Source: a virus
Lineage: Duplodnaviria > Caudoviricetes
IMG/VR virus record: IMGVR_UViG_3300049053_000087
Coordinates: 1-56,885 of that record
DNA length: 56,885 nt
Strand: one strand, 5' to 3'
In this document: positions 1-9,560 of the stretch, piece after piece
Layout of the letters: each line of letters begins with the position of its first letter
Numbering within the stretch: position 1 is the first letter of the stretch
Made by a program: the position numbers and the translations under genes
Notes under the pieces: generated by a model
Databases searched by the model: none
The model's input: only the letters and a program-made list of their open reading frames with translations
What the model was told of the DNA's origin: nothing

Positions 1-1950
1 GATATCTACGGCGCCAATGCATCTGGTAAGTCTACAATAGCTGATTCCTGGTTCTGGTGTTGGTTTGGCAAAAACAGTCAGGACGAAAAGGATTTTGGTA
101 TTAAGAACTCCGTTCTGACAGACCTTAATGAAATGGACCACGAGGTTGAGGCTATATTGTTGATTGATGGCGAGGAAACAACCCTGCGCCATGTGTACAG
201 GGAAAAATGGCAAAAGAAGAAAGGTGCTAGTATAAAAAGCTACACCGGCAATGAGCATGAATATTATTGGAATGGTGTGCCATGCCTTCTTAAAGACTGG
301 AACGCGAAGATCGAAAAGATCCTGTCGGCCGAAACTTTTAAGATGATCACCCACCCGGGTTATTTCAACGTTACCATGGCGTGGCAGAAACGTCGTGAAA
401 CTTTGATCGAAATGGCCGGCGCTGTCAGTGATCGCGAAATTGTTGGCCATGATAAGCAGTTAAATGCCCTGCTGGATAGCATGGGTAAGGAAACGATCAA
501 AGAATACCGGTCTAAATTAAGCGCCCGTAAAAAGAAGCTGAAGGAAGACCTGGAGCATATTCCCGCCCGCATTGATGAAGCTAAGCGTAGCCTGCCTGAA
601 GAGACGCCCGATTTTGAAGCTCTGCAGGTACAGATCAATAAGGCCGCTGCCGATCTAAATGAGATTGACTTGCAGCTATCAAATAAAACTGCTGCTCAAA
701 AGCAGTTTCAGGATGAACAGTCTGCCATTCAGAAAGAGATTCACAGGCTTAGCCGTAGCTACACCGACGTTGAGTATAAATTGCGTGTTGTGTTGGAGAA
801 CCACGATCGAAACGCAATGGGCGATATCGATGAAGTGAAACTTCGGATTAAAAACTTAAACTCTTCTATCGCCCAACTGGGAAAAGACAAAGCTGATGCT
901 GAGGACCGCATTACAAGGTACAATGAGACCCTCACCAAGATGCGTGATGATTTTACAACAGTCAACATACGCAAGTTCGAATATCCAGAGTTTAAGTTCG
1001 ATGAATCAGAAAATACCTGCTCTCATTGTAAGCAGGCTTTGCCCGCAGGTGATATAGCGAAACGTAAGGCAGAGTTTAAAAAAAACTACGACATTGACAG
1101 GGAACAAAAGCTGGTTGCCTTCAATAACGGGAAGAGGCGTGAACTGGATGATATCAATTCTACTGGTCAGAAAACTAAAGCCAATAAAGAAGAGGTAGAA
1201 GGCTTTCTGCAACAAATTGCTGATAATCTGGCAAAGAAACAAGTCGAACTAGACGAGGCTACTGCTAAATTAAACACACTGCAATCGCAGTTTACTCAAC
1301 CTGAACCAATCGAGGTTCGCCTGGCTGAAGTCGTGAAACATAACAAAGAGGCGTTATCAATAAAGACCGCATTAGAAACTCAAAAAGCGCTGATAAAAGA
1401 AGAGCCTGCAGAAGATAATGCGGATGCCAAAAAGCGCAAATCCGAGCTTTCAACTCTGCTTACAGACCTTAACAAGCGCATGGGACAGAAGGATATTATT
1501 GCTGCTACCCATGACCGTATAAAAAAATTGGGGCAGGATGAAAGGGATCTTTCGCAGAAGCTTGCTGATGTTGAACAGGAAGAGGATCTTCTGTTGCAGT
1601 TCGAAAAACTTCGCATGGAAACGATCAACGATCGTGTGAATGGCCTCTTTAAATATGTGAAGTTCAAATTATTCCAAACGAACATTAACGGCGGTGAAGA
1701 GCCTTGCTGCGAGACCATGCTTGATGGTGTGCCCTATTCCGATCTGAATACTGCTGGCCGCATTAAAGCCGGTATTGATATCATCAACGCCCTTTCTACT
1801 CATTATAACGTGTACGCACCAATATTCCTCGATAACCGGGAGAGTGTAACTGATATTCCAGAAACGGAAAGCCAGGTGATAAACCTTATTGTATCACCGG
1901 CCGACAAGAAGTTGCGGATTGAAGCGGTTGAGATGCAGGAGGCAGTGTAA
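1..1950 (+). CDS. SbcC/Rad50-like coiled-coil ATPase (5' partial)
   Basis: Frame 1 is open from base 1 (DIYGANASGKST Walker A at 10-36), upstream of the listed 133 start. Long coiled coil with central CSHC zinc hook, signature-like LNTAG and Walker B IFLDNRES. Confidence 0.85.
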   Translation, partial: DIYGANASGKSTIADSWFWCWFGKNSQDEKDFGIKNSVLTDLNEMDHEVEAILLIDGEETTLRHVYREKWQKKKGASIKSYTGNEHEYYWNGVPCLLKDWNAKIEKILSAETFKMITHPGYFNVTMAWQKRRETLIEMAGAVSDREIVGHDKQLNALLDSMGKETIKEYRSKLSARKKKLKEDLEHIPARIDEAKRSLPEETPDFEALQVQINKAAADLNEIDLQLSNKTAAQKQFQDEQSAIQKEIHRLSRSYTDVEYKLRVVLENHDRNAMGDIDEVKLRIKNLNSSIAQLGKDKADAEDRITRYNETLTKMRDDFTTVNIRKFEYPEFKFDESENTCSHCKQALPAGDIAKRKAEFKKNYDIDREQKLVAFNNGKRRELDDINSTGQKTKANKEEVEGFLQQIADNLAKKQVELDEATAKLNTLQSQFTQPEPIEVRLAEVVKHNKEALSIKTALETQKALIKEEPAEDNADAKKRKSELSTLLTDLNKRMGQKDIIAATHDRIKKLGQDERDLSQKLADVEQEEDLLLQFEKLRMETINDRVNGLFKYVKFKLFQTNINGGEEPCCETMLDGVPYSDLNTAGRIKAGIDIINALSTHYNVYAPIFLDNRESVTDIPETESQVINLIVSPADKKLRIEAVEMQEAV

Positions 1951-1986
1951 GTAAAACCTCATTCTATCAATATTTAAAAAGTAAGT

Positions 1987-2853
1987 ATGTCAACAGAGTT
2001 AACAAAGGCGCCCAAGATTCAACAGTTCAATTATTTTGATCCTGAGCAGTTCGCCGTCATGCAACGTATATGTGCTGTGTTTGCGAGTAGTGAATTGGTA
2101 CCTGAACGTTATCGGATTACTGAAAAGAATCCAAAAGATAAGGCGATCGCAAACTGTATGATCGCTATTGAGACCGCCCAACGAATTGGTGCCAGCCCGT
2201 TGATGGTAATGCAGAACCTTGATATCATCCAGGGTAAACCTGGATGGTCGAGTAAATTTCTTATCGCTACGATCAATACCTGTGGCCGGTATGAAACCTT
2301 GCAATATAAAATGAATAACCTCGGTAAGGTCGGTAAGATAAAGATCGTTGAGTATAAATGGGAAAACAGGCAAAAGGTTGCCGTTGAAACCATCTTCGAT
2401 GGCTCGGAAATCGATAACTGGGAGTGTATTGCATATACTACCCCAAAAGGTAATGGTGAGGTATTGGAAAGTTCCGAGGTATCTGTAAAGCTCGCTATAC
2501 AGGAAGGTTGGTATCAAAAGGCGGGCTCAAAGTGGCCAACCATGACAAAGAAAATGCTCCGTTACCGTGCTGCATCCTTTTGGACAAATGAATTCGCGCC
2601 TGAGTTGAGTATCGGCTTCAAAACCAGCGATGAGATAAAGGATATCGAGGATATCGAGTATGAAGAAGTGACCGCGGAAAAGAAGGTGAAAGCCCAGGTC
2701 GATGCAAACGCCAACAAAGAAACAATCGGCTTTGATCAGAAGCCTGAAACAAAGCAGGAGGATAAGCCAGTTGCTGATCAGGCTCCCGAAAAGAAAGATG
2801 AAAAGCAACCTGAAACAGAAACAAAATCACAGGAAGAGGGGCCTAAGTTCTAA
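1987..2853 (+). CDS. RecT/Red-beta-like single-strand annealing protein
   Basis: NCMIAIETA..IG..PLMVMQN, GKPGWSS and SKWPTM..ML.YRAA motifs; acidic C-terminal tail; lies between the ATPase and MBL genes as in phage recombination modules. Confidence 0.7.
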   Translation: MSTELTKAPKIQQFNYFDPEQFAVMQRICAVFASSELVPERYRITEKNPKDKAIANCMIAIETAQRIGASPLMVMQNLDIIQGKPGWSSKFLIATINTCGRYETLQYKMNNLGKVGKIKIVEYKWENRQKVAVETIFDGSEIDNWECIAYTTPKGNGEVLESSEVSVKLAIQEGWYQKAGSKWPTMTKKMLRYRAASFWTNEFAPELSIGFKTSDEIKDIEDIEYEEVTAEKKVKAQVDANANKETIGFDQKPETKQEDKPVADQAPEKKDEKQPETETKSQEEGPKF

Positions 2854-3140
2854 TGAAAACAGTTGCATTAAAACGGAAGCCCCAGGCGCCTTATTATGTC
2901 ACTGATCAGGTGATAGTTGATGATATAGTAACAGGTTTAATAGCCAATAACTATTATGTGCCTGTGATTGATAATTCCAAACCGGGATTAGTTTTCATAA
3001 CTGTTTGTTTGTTGATTGAAAATTATTTATGGCCCATTAAGGAAAAGATACCACAGGCAAATTTGGAGAACTTTCTTCGCGGCCACAATCCTAACCTGGC
3101 ATTCACCATAGAGCATTATGAAGTTACAAATCATCAATAG
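2853..3140 (+). CDS. hypothetical protein
   Basis: Coupled to the upstream stop (TAATG). Confidence 0.55.
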   Translation: MKTVALKRKPQAPYYVTDQVIVDDIVTGLIANNYYVPVIDNSKPGLVFITVCLLIENYLWPIKEKIPQANLENFLRGHNPNLAFTIEHYEVTNHQ

Positions 3141-3858
3141 CAACTCTGCCGGAAATAGTTACATAATGGAAGCGCAGGATGGCGAAGCCCTGCTGATAGA
3201 GTGTGGGCTTCGCTTCCAACTAATCCAGCAGGCGTTGAAGTATAAGATCAATCGTGTTGCCGGCTGCCTGGTCACTCACTCGCATGGTGATCATAGTAAG
3301 GCGATTCGTGATGTGCTTAAGGTTGGTATCCGGGTATATGCTACACAAGGGGAACACCGGGCAATGGGAACCGAACATCATCATAATTCCCGGTATAGCG
3401 TGATCATACCATTTATGGTTGGATCATTTGAGTGTTTGGCATTTAAGGTTATTCACGATACGCCTGAGCCTGTTGGTTACCTGATACGACATGAAGAATG
3501 TGGTACCGTTCTTTTCCTCACCGATACGGTTTACAGTCCATTCCGGTTTAATGGCCTCAATAATATTATCGTTGAAGCCAACTATTGCCAGAAGATCCTT
3601 GACAAGCGTGTGGAGAATGGCGAGAACCCAAAGTTTCTACGCGATCGTGTTATTGAAAGCCATATGAGCATTGCCAATTGTAAAGACTTGCTCATGGCTA
3701 ACGACCTCAGTCAGGTTAATAACATTGTGCTGATACACCTGTCGGATGGTAACAGTGACGCCGCCCGGTTCAAAAAAGAAGTGCAGGAAGTTACCGGTAA
3801 ATCGGTTCACGTAGCGGAAGCCGGCATGGAGATACCGTTTAACCGTACTCCTTTTTAA
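3118..3858 (+). CDS. metallo-beta-lactamase-fold hydrolase (probable exonuclease)
   Basis: THSHGDH, HD, TDT, EANY and HLS motifs. Confidence 0.9.
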   Translation: MKLQIINSNSAGNSYIMEAQDGEALLIECGLRFQLIQQALKYKINRVAGCLVTHSHGDHSKAIRDVLKVGIRVYATQGEHRAMGTEHHHNSRYSVIIPFMVGSFECLAFKVIHDTPEPVGYLIRHEECGTVLFLTDTVYSPFRFNGLNNIIVEANYCQKILDKRVENGENPKFLRDRVIESHMSIANCKDLLMANDLSQVNNIVLIHLSDGNSDAARFKKEVQEVTGKSVHVAEAGMEIPFNRTPF

Positions 3859-4125
3859 ATGGCAATTAATTGGACAAGATATAGACGAGAAGTTGTTGAG
3901 TTTTCAGCTGGTGAATTTGATTTTAAAGTAATGAGGATTCAGGATTGGCATTTACGATTGACAAACCATAAAGGCAAGCAGCTGGATTATTTTCCTAAAA
4001 GCGGTAAGGCAACATGGGTCGGTACTAACCAGTGGATTTATATAGCAGACATTGAAACATTCATTCAAAAAACTTTCTTAAATGAAAAAGCTTACGATAA
4101 ACAACCAGCCGGTAACGGTAGTTGA
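3859..4125 (+). CDS. hypothetical protein
   Basis: Abuts the upstream stop within a dense operon. Confidence 0.55.
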   Translation: MAINWTRYRREVVEFSAGEFDFKVMRIQDWHLRLTNHKGKQLDYFPKSGKATWVGTNQWIYIADIETFIQKTFLNEKAYDKQPAGNGS

Positions 4126-4381
4126 ATTGTTGAAGGATTTCGAAATCATTACCAAAGATTCCAGTAATGTGGATTATTACGGTACCGATGGGACTAACGT
4201 TTTCATCCAGTTTAAGAATGGTTCTTCCTATCTGTATTCGAATGTAACCCCTGCAGATATAGAGGCAATGAAGCAGGCTGAAAGCATTGGCAGGTTTATC
4301 CCTGTCCTTAAAAAGTATCCAACCACGAAATATGAGAACCGCCTGGTTGTGGTAGTGCAGGAAGAGGCTCTAAAAGGATGA
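4082..4381 (+). CDS. KTSC-domain protein
   Basis: SSNV..Y....FIQFKNGSSYLYSNV....AESIGRF pattern. Confidence 0.8.
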   Translation: MKKLTINNQPVTVVELLKDFEIITKDSSNVDYYGTDGTNVFIQFKNGSSYLYSNVTPADIEAMKQAESIGRFIPVLKKYPTTKYENRLVVVVQEEALKG

Positions 4382-4424
4382 CAAGGGCAACTATAATCAA
4401 GGAAAATAAAACGTTCCAATTCAC

Positions 4425-5693
4425 ATGACAGACGTAACATCAAGCCAGCCAGGCCTTTTTGACAAACCGAGGGCGGTTATCCGTGAAACCAGAATACTGG
4501 AATGCTGGTGCCCTAAGTGTCATCAGGGCCAAATTAAGACAATTCTTAGCGATAGCTTCCATAATGACCGTGCAATTATAGAAAGTGTTGGTAAAGAGTT
4601 TACATGCGTTAATTGTGGCATTGTATACGAGGTTGGCGACTTTCTATCTGTCATCCCTAACGCTTTTATGGTGGCGTCAAGGTCACAAGAAAGCAAAGTA
4701 AAATCAAATATGGAGGTCGAGGCTTGGCTGAATGAACCAGTAGTTAAAGATGAAGGTAATTACGATGGTGATGCAATTATGAAGGATCTGGAATTAGTTA
4801 ATCGGGCCTCAGAGGTAACTAATAAGTTCTTGGAAAACATGTTGGCGAAAATTAATAAACCGTCGAACCACGTGTCCCCGGAATTACCCGCTGAGGATAC
4901 TGAAGTTGAGCAGGAAGAAATGCCCGAAACAACCAATGAAGTACAGGCTGTTTTAAAACAATGCGCCGTACTTGGTAACGTAGTAAAACTTCCTGATGGA
5001 CAGCTCGATCGGAAGCTATATGCCGATGTGAAGAAGGCGTTAGAGTTGATCGGCGGCAATTGGAAAGGAGGCAAAACATACGGCTTTGTTTTTCAAACGG
5101 ACCCTACCGAATTGTTGGAGCAGATCGCTAACGGCGAAAAGCGCAACTTAAAAAAGGAGTACCAATTCTTTGAAACACCCGTTGAGCTTGCTGCGCGTAT
5201 GGTTGAGATGGCGGAACTGGGTGAAACCGATGGGCAGGGCTACGGCGACATACTGGAACCCTCAGCCGGTCAGGGCGCAATTGTAAAAGCTATACACGAA
5301 GCGACGGAAGGGGCTGCCACCGTGTACTGTTATGAATTGATGGATATAAACAGAGGTATACTTTCAGCAATGCCCGGCGTATCAATCATAGGTGACGACT
5401 TTTTGAAGGCTGCCAGTGTTGTCCAATACGATCGCATCATTGCGAATCCGCCGTTCACAAAGAATCAAGACATTGATCATATAAGGCATATGTATAACCT
5501 GCTGAAGCCTGGCGGGGTGATGGTTTCATTGGCTTCCCCAAGCTGGAAGTTTGGTTCTCAAAAGAAACAGGTCTCATTCAGAGAATGGTTAATTGGGATC
5601 GATGCGTATTTGCAGGAAATTCCGGAAGGCGCCTTTAAAGAATCAGGAACATCAATCAGGACCGTTTTGATTAAAATAGTAAAACCCGATTGA
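4425..5693 (+). CDS. amino (N6-A/N4-C) DNA methyltransferase with N-terminal Zn-ribbon region
   Basis: ILEPSAGQG (motif I) precedes IANPPF (motif IV); CPKC/CVNC at the N-terminus. Confidence 0.85.
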   Translation: MTDVTSSQPGLFDKPRAVIRETRILECWCPKCHQGQIKTILSDSFHNDRAIIESVGKEFTCVNCGIVYEVGDFLSVIPNAFMVASRSQESKVKSNMEVEAWLNEPVVKDEGNYDGDAIMKDLELVNRASEVTNKFLENMLAKINKPSNHVSPELPAEDTEVEQEEMPETTNEVQAVLKQCAVLGNVVKLPDGQLDRKLYADVKKALELIGGNWKGGKTYGFVFQTDPTELLEQIANGEKRNLKKEYQFFETPVELAARMVEMAELGETDGQGYGDILEPSAGQGAIVKAIHEATEGAATVYCYELMDINRGILSAMPGVSIIGDDFLKAASVVQYDRIIANPPFTKNQDIDHIRHMYNLLKPGGVMVSLASPSWKFGSQKKQVSFREWLIGIDAYLQEIPEGAFKESGTSIRTVLIKIVKPD

Positions 5694-5699
5694 AAGAGT

Positions 5700-6497
5700 A
5701 TGCATATCAGCAATCAAATAAAAACTTTTGATTACTTGGGAAGTAAGTTTTCAATTCTACCATGGTTGTTACCTCAATTACCAGCATGTAACCATTATAT
5801 AAGTGTCTTTGGTGGTGCGGCATCCGATCTCATCAACCGAGATCCTTCACCAATTGAAACCTACAATGATCTCAATGGTAACGTTGTGAACTTCTTTTCG
5901 GTGCTTCGGAATAAATCTAATGAGCTGATTGCTGCCCTTGAATTAACATTACATAGTAGACAAGAATATAGTAATGCTTGGTATTGTGAGACTGATACAG
6001 ATATTGAAAAGGCCAGAAAGTTCTTTATTCGAACGCAACAATCTATTTATGCTGCAGGAGCTCAAGATAAAGTTAAAGGATGGGCTGCTTCATTAACACA
6101 AAGCAGGGTTAGCATTTCAGAGAAAACACATAGATGGATTAGGGGCGTGAACGGCCTTTGGGAAGTTGCGGAACGATTAAAACATGTGCAAATCGAGTGC
6201 AAGGACTTTAAATTTATTCTGAAGCATTATAACGATAAAGGAACCTTGTTTTATTGCGATCCTCCTTACGATATGACCTTTCGCAGCTCAACAAAGTATG
6301 AATTTGATTTTACGAACCAAGACTTTTTGGATCTCCATTATTGGGCATCTAAAGTAAAGGGGAAAATAGCAATATCAGGATATGATACAGCTTTTATGAG
6401 GGAATTATTTACAGGCTTCAATTTTCACAAGGGGCCAATGCGGAAGAACAATAGATCAAATAAGGAGGCAAAGGAATGCCTTTGGACAAATTATTAA
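5700..6497 (+). CDS. Dam-like (D12 class) DNA adenine methyltransferase
   Basis: YLGSK, VFGGA, YND, YCDPPY, ISGY and ECLWTNY motifs. Confidence 0.85.
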   Translation: MHISNQIKTFDYLGSKFSILPWLLPQLPACNHYISVFGGAASDLINRDPSPIETYNDLNGNVVNFFSVLRNKSNELIAALELTLHSRQEYSNAWYCETDTDIEKARKFFIRTQQSIYAAGAQDKVKGWAASLTQSRVSISEKTHRWIRGVNGLWEVAERLKHVQIECKDFKFILKHYNDKGTLFYCDPPYDMTFRSSTKYEFDFTNQDFLDLHYWASKVKGKIAISGYDTAFMRELFTGFNFHKGPMRKNNRSNKEAKECLWTNY

Positions 6498-6500
6498 ATC

Positions 6501-8339
6501 ATGACTGATCCCTTATTCATAATTGTAGATCTTTTTTGCGGCGCCGGCGGTGATACAACAGGGTTCGTTCAGGCGACACTGGAAGGGATGGGAATTGCCA
6601 AGGTTATCGCGGGTGTAAACCATGATCCTAAGGCTATTAAAAGCCACTGGCTAAATTACCCGGAAGTAAAGCACTTTGAAGAAGATATCAGAACGTTGGA
6701 TTTGACCGACCTGGTTGCCCTGGCTCAATATTATCGGATCAAATACCCGGATGCCTACCTGATTTTATGGGCATCGCTGGAATGTACCAACTTCAGCAAG
6801 GCAAAGGGTGGTCAGCCCCGCGATGCTGACTCTCGAACTTTGGCCGATCATCTTGATCGTTATGTAATAGCCCTGCAGCCTGATTTTATCCAGATAGAAA
6901 ATGTTGTAGAATTTATGAGCTGGGGGCCTATGCGTATTAAGGCAAAGAAGCAACATGCTGATCGAACTGACTTATTTACGATTCCGTGCAATGGAAGCTT
7001 TGTTTATGGATGGATTCCGGAAAGTAGCAAAAATGGGCAGGATTGGTTAAGGTGGCGAAAACAGATCTGCTCACATGGATACGTTGACGAATGGAAGGAA
7101 TTAAACAGCGCCAACTTCGGCGCCTATACTTCTCGTAACCGGTTGTTTGGCATCTTCGCTCGCCCTGGGTTGCCTATTTGTTGGCCTGAGCCCACTCATG
7201 CAAAAAAACCTTCTAAACAAAGTATGCACGGCGATTTAAAGAAGTGGATGCCTGTTAAAGACATGCTCGATTTTTCCGATGAAGGAAAAAGCATATTCAA
7301 TAGGAAAAAACCGCTCGTCGATAATACCTTAGAACGCATTTACGCCGGCCTTATCAAATTTGTTGCAAAAGGTGACAATTCATTTGTGAGCAAATATTAT
7401 AGCGGTAAGCCAGCTGGTAAAGTTGTTAGCATCAATCAGCCTTCCAGCACTGTTACTACTTTCGGTAACCAAGCGTTGGTCCAAGCCGTTGGGTTCACCG
7501 CCCAATCAGTAGATCAACCGGCCGGTACTGTAACGACGATCGATCATCATGCACTCGTGCAAACAAACTTCCTGGTTAAGTACAATTCAAAACAAAAGGA
7601 TGGCAGCTACAATGCTCCATCTGTCGAAGATCCTGCGCCGGTAATAACAACTCAAAACCGGTTATATCTGGCACAATTAAAATTCATTACAAATTATTAC
7701 AGTAATGGAGGCGAGCTTACATCTGTTGATGGTCCCGCACCAACGATTTCAACACACGATCGATCAGCTGTCGTTTCGGTCACAAACCATAACAATCAAT
7801 CTATCGATCAGCCAGCTGGTGTGATAATGACCAATGACAAGCACAGTGTTGTGAATTGTGAGCCGTTCATTATGCCGACCAATTATGATAACAAACCGGT
7901 ATCAACAGATCAACCGGCTCCTACCATAACAGCAAATCGAAAGCATCATTATTTAATTAATCCTGCATACGGGGGCAATCCTTTATCAACAGATAACCCC
8001 TGTCCTGTTATTGTTGCGAGACAGGATAAGGTTCCGCTGTACCTGGTGCAGGCTGAAGAAGGATTAGTTGCTGTACCGGTATATCCAGGTGACAGCAAGA
8101 TTATGATCAAGATAAAAGAGTTCATGGCCATCTTTAATATCGCGGATATAAAGATGCGCATGTTCAGAATTCATGAATTGTTACGCATACAAGGTTTTCC
8201 GTCAGGGTATAAACTTGAAGGAACTCAGGAGGACCAAAAGAAGTTCGTGGGTAACAGTGTGGTGCCGTTGGTTGTACAGAAGTGGACAGAGGCCCTTGGC
8301 TCCCGGTTGATCGAAACCTTTAATCAAAAAATTGCATAG
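6501..8339 (+). CDS. C5 cytosine DNA methyltransferase with repeated variable region
   Basis: DLFCGAGG, WASLECTNFS (catalytic Cys), ENV, R.RLF, RIQGFP and GNSV. Confidence 0.9.
   Translation: MTDPLFIIVDLFCGAGGDTTGFVQATLEGMGIAKVIAGVNHDPKAIKSHWLNYPEVKHFEEDIRTLDLTDLVALAQYYRIKYPDAYLILWASLECTNFSKAKGGQPRDADSRTLADHLDRYVIALQPDFIQIENVVEFMSWGPMRIKAKKQHADRTDLFTIPCNGSFVYGWIPESSKNGQDWLRWRKQICSHGYVDEWKELNSANFGAYTSRNRLFGIFARPGLPICWPEPTHAKKPSKQSMHGDLKKWMPVKDMLDFSDEGKSIFNRKKPLVDNTLERIYAGLIKFVAKGDNSFVSKYYSGKPAGKVVSINQPSSTVTTFGNQALVQAVGFTAQSVDQPAGTVTTIDHHALVQTNFLVKYNSKQKDGSYNAPSVEDPAPVITTQNRLYLAQLKFITNYYSNGGELTSVDGPAPTISTHDRSAVVSVTNHNNQSIDQPAGVIMTNDKHSVVNCEPFIMPTNYDNKPVSTDQPAPTITANRKHHYLINPAYGGNPLSTDNPCPVIVARQDKVPLYLVQAEEGLVAVPVYPGDSKIMIKIKEFMAIFNIADIKMRMFRIHELLRIQGFPSGYKLEGTQEDQKKFVGNSVVPLVVQKWTEALGSRLIETFNQKIA
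7428..8019 (+). repeat. about 7 degenerate protein repeats S(I/V/T)DQPA(G/P)(T/V)(I/V)T inside the C5 MTase
   Basis: SINQPSSTVTT, SVDQPAGTVTT, SVEDPAPVITT, SVDGPAPTIST, SIDQPAGVIMT, STDQPAPTITA, STDNPCPVIVA. Confidence 0.8.
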
Positions 8340-8341
8340 CC

Positions 8342-8818
8342 ATGGAACCTAAACTCACCATAGCGGAGATCACCTACATGAGGGCGCTGGCGGCATTCAA
8401 AACCGATGAAGAGCTGGCTAAGATGATGGACAAACCTGTTGAGCTTATAAAATTGCAGTTTTCCATTATGGCTGGCCTTCCAAAGCGACCGGAAGAAAAG
8501 CCTGAAGCCATTGCTCGATTACTTGCAACTGGTGATCCTTCTACCATTACTGATACTGAACCTGTAATCGATAAAAAGAAACCGGGTCGTAAAAAAAAGC
8601 CGGTAGAAGTGAAGCCGGCAAAGAAGCTGATTAGCGCACATGCGCAGGCGGAAGAACGCCTGAAGATCAGGAAGGATAAGAATAATAAAAGCATTTACAA
8701 AACAAAGAAGATTGATCTCACAGGTAAGGTCCCGGTAAAGTTAAATAGCAAAACCACTGTATATGTGAAGCCAGGCTATGATATAGATGAGCTAAAAAGA
8801 AAGTACAAAATCGCTTAA
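8342..8818 (+). CDS. hypothetical basic protein, possible N-terminal HTH
   Basis: Operon-packed ORF with a Lys-rich C-terminus. Confidence 0.6.
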   Translation: MEPKLTIAEITYMRALAAFKTDEELAKMMDKPVELIKLQFSIMAGLPKRPEEKPEAIARLLATGDPSTITDTEPVIDKKKPGRKKKPVEVKPAKKLISAHAQAEERLKIRKDKNNKSIYKTKKIDLTGKVPVKLNSKTTVYVKPGYDIDELKRKYKIA

Positions 8819-8843
8819 CAATAACCTTCAAATAAAATTCACT

Positions 8844-9560
8844 ATGGCTAAATCAAGAAGAGGCTCCAAGCAAAACCCAGTTACTGAAAAAGAAATGGAA
8901 GATGTTATCAATAATGAAATAAAGCGCCCGTATAAAATTACAGAGGCGATCATTGTTGATGACTTCTGTAATTACAAATATGAAATGACCCTGGGTAAGG
9001 GACCTTACGATAAGCATAAGGTTGATGGTAAAGGAATCATTGTGGATGATATGCGTGAAGTGTTTAGAAAGCTACGCGTTCATATGGCAGCCGTTTATGG
9101 GGTTTTCTCCCTCCAGGGGCGGGATATTGAAGATATTGATCAACATCACAACGAAGATATTACCGCTGAATTCCATGTGAATGGATTCAAAATAAAAGGT
9201 GGTGAGGATATGGAGTGTATCATTTTAATGGGTAGCAAGCATATTGCGTGCGTTGGAGGCCGTGCAGGATTCGATACGCCTTGGATCGATATCTCAACTT
9301 TATCCTCTTACAAATGGCACAATGAGCTTAAAGAACTGGCAGACAAGGCCCGTGAAGAAGTTGCATTGTATAAAGAGGGGAAGTATATAGTGCCAGATGT
9401 TGAAGACGAAGAAGAAGAGGTATCAAAAAAAGACGGGACGCGTCGGAAAAAGGCAAAGCAATTATCCATTGATACCTCGTCAGATGATAGTCCGGATATT
9501 GAAGATGAGGAACCTGTTGAAGAAACAGAAGTCGATAACGATTTTGGTTCACCACTATGA
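8844..9560 (+). CDS. hypothetical protein with acidic C-terminus
   Basis: 238-aa ORF with ATGA overlap to the helicase gene. Confidence 0.65.
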   Translation: MAKSRRGSKQNPVTEKEMEDVINNEIKRPYKITEAIIVDDFCNYKYEMTLGKGPYDKHKVDGKGIIVDDMREVFRKLRVHMAAVYGVFSLQGRDIEDIDQHHNEDITAEFHVNGFKIKGGEDMECIILMGSKHIACVGGRAGFDTPWIDISTLSSYKWHNELKELADKAREEVALYKEGKYIVPDVEDEEEEVSKKDGTRRKKAKQLSIDTSSDDSPDIEDEEPVEETEVDNDFGSPL

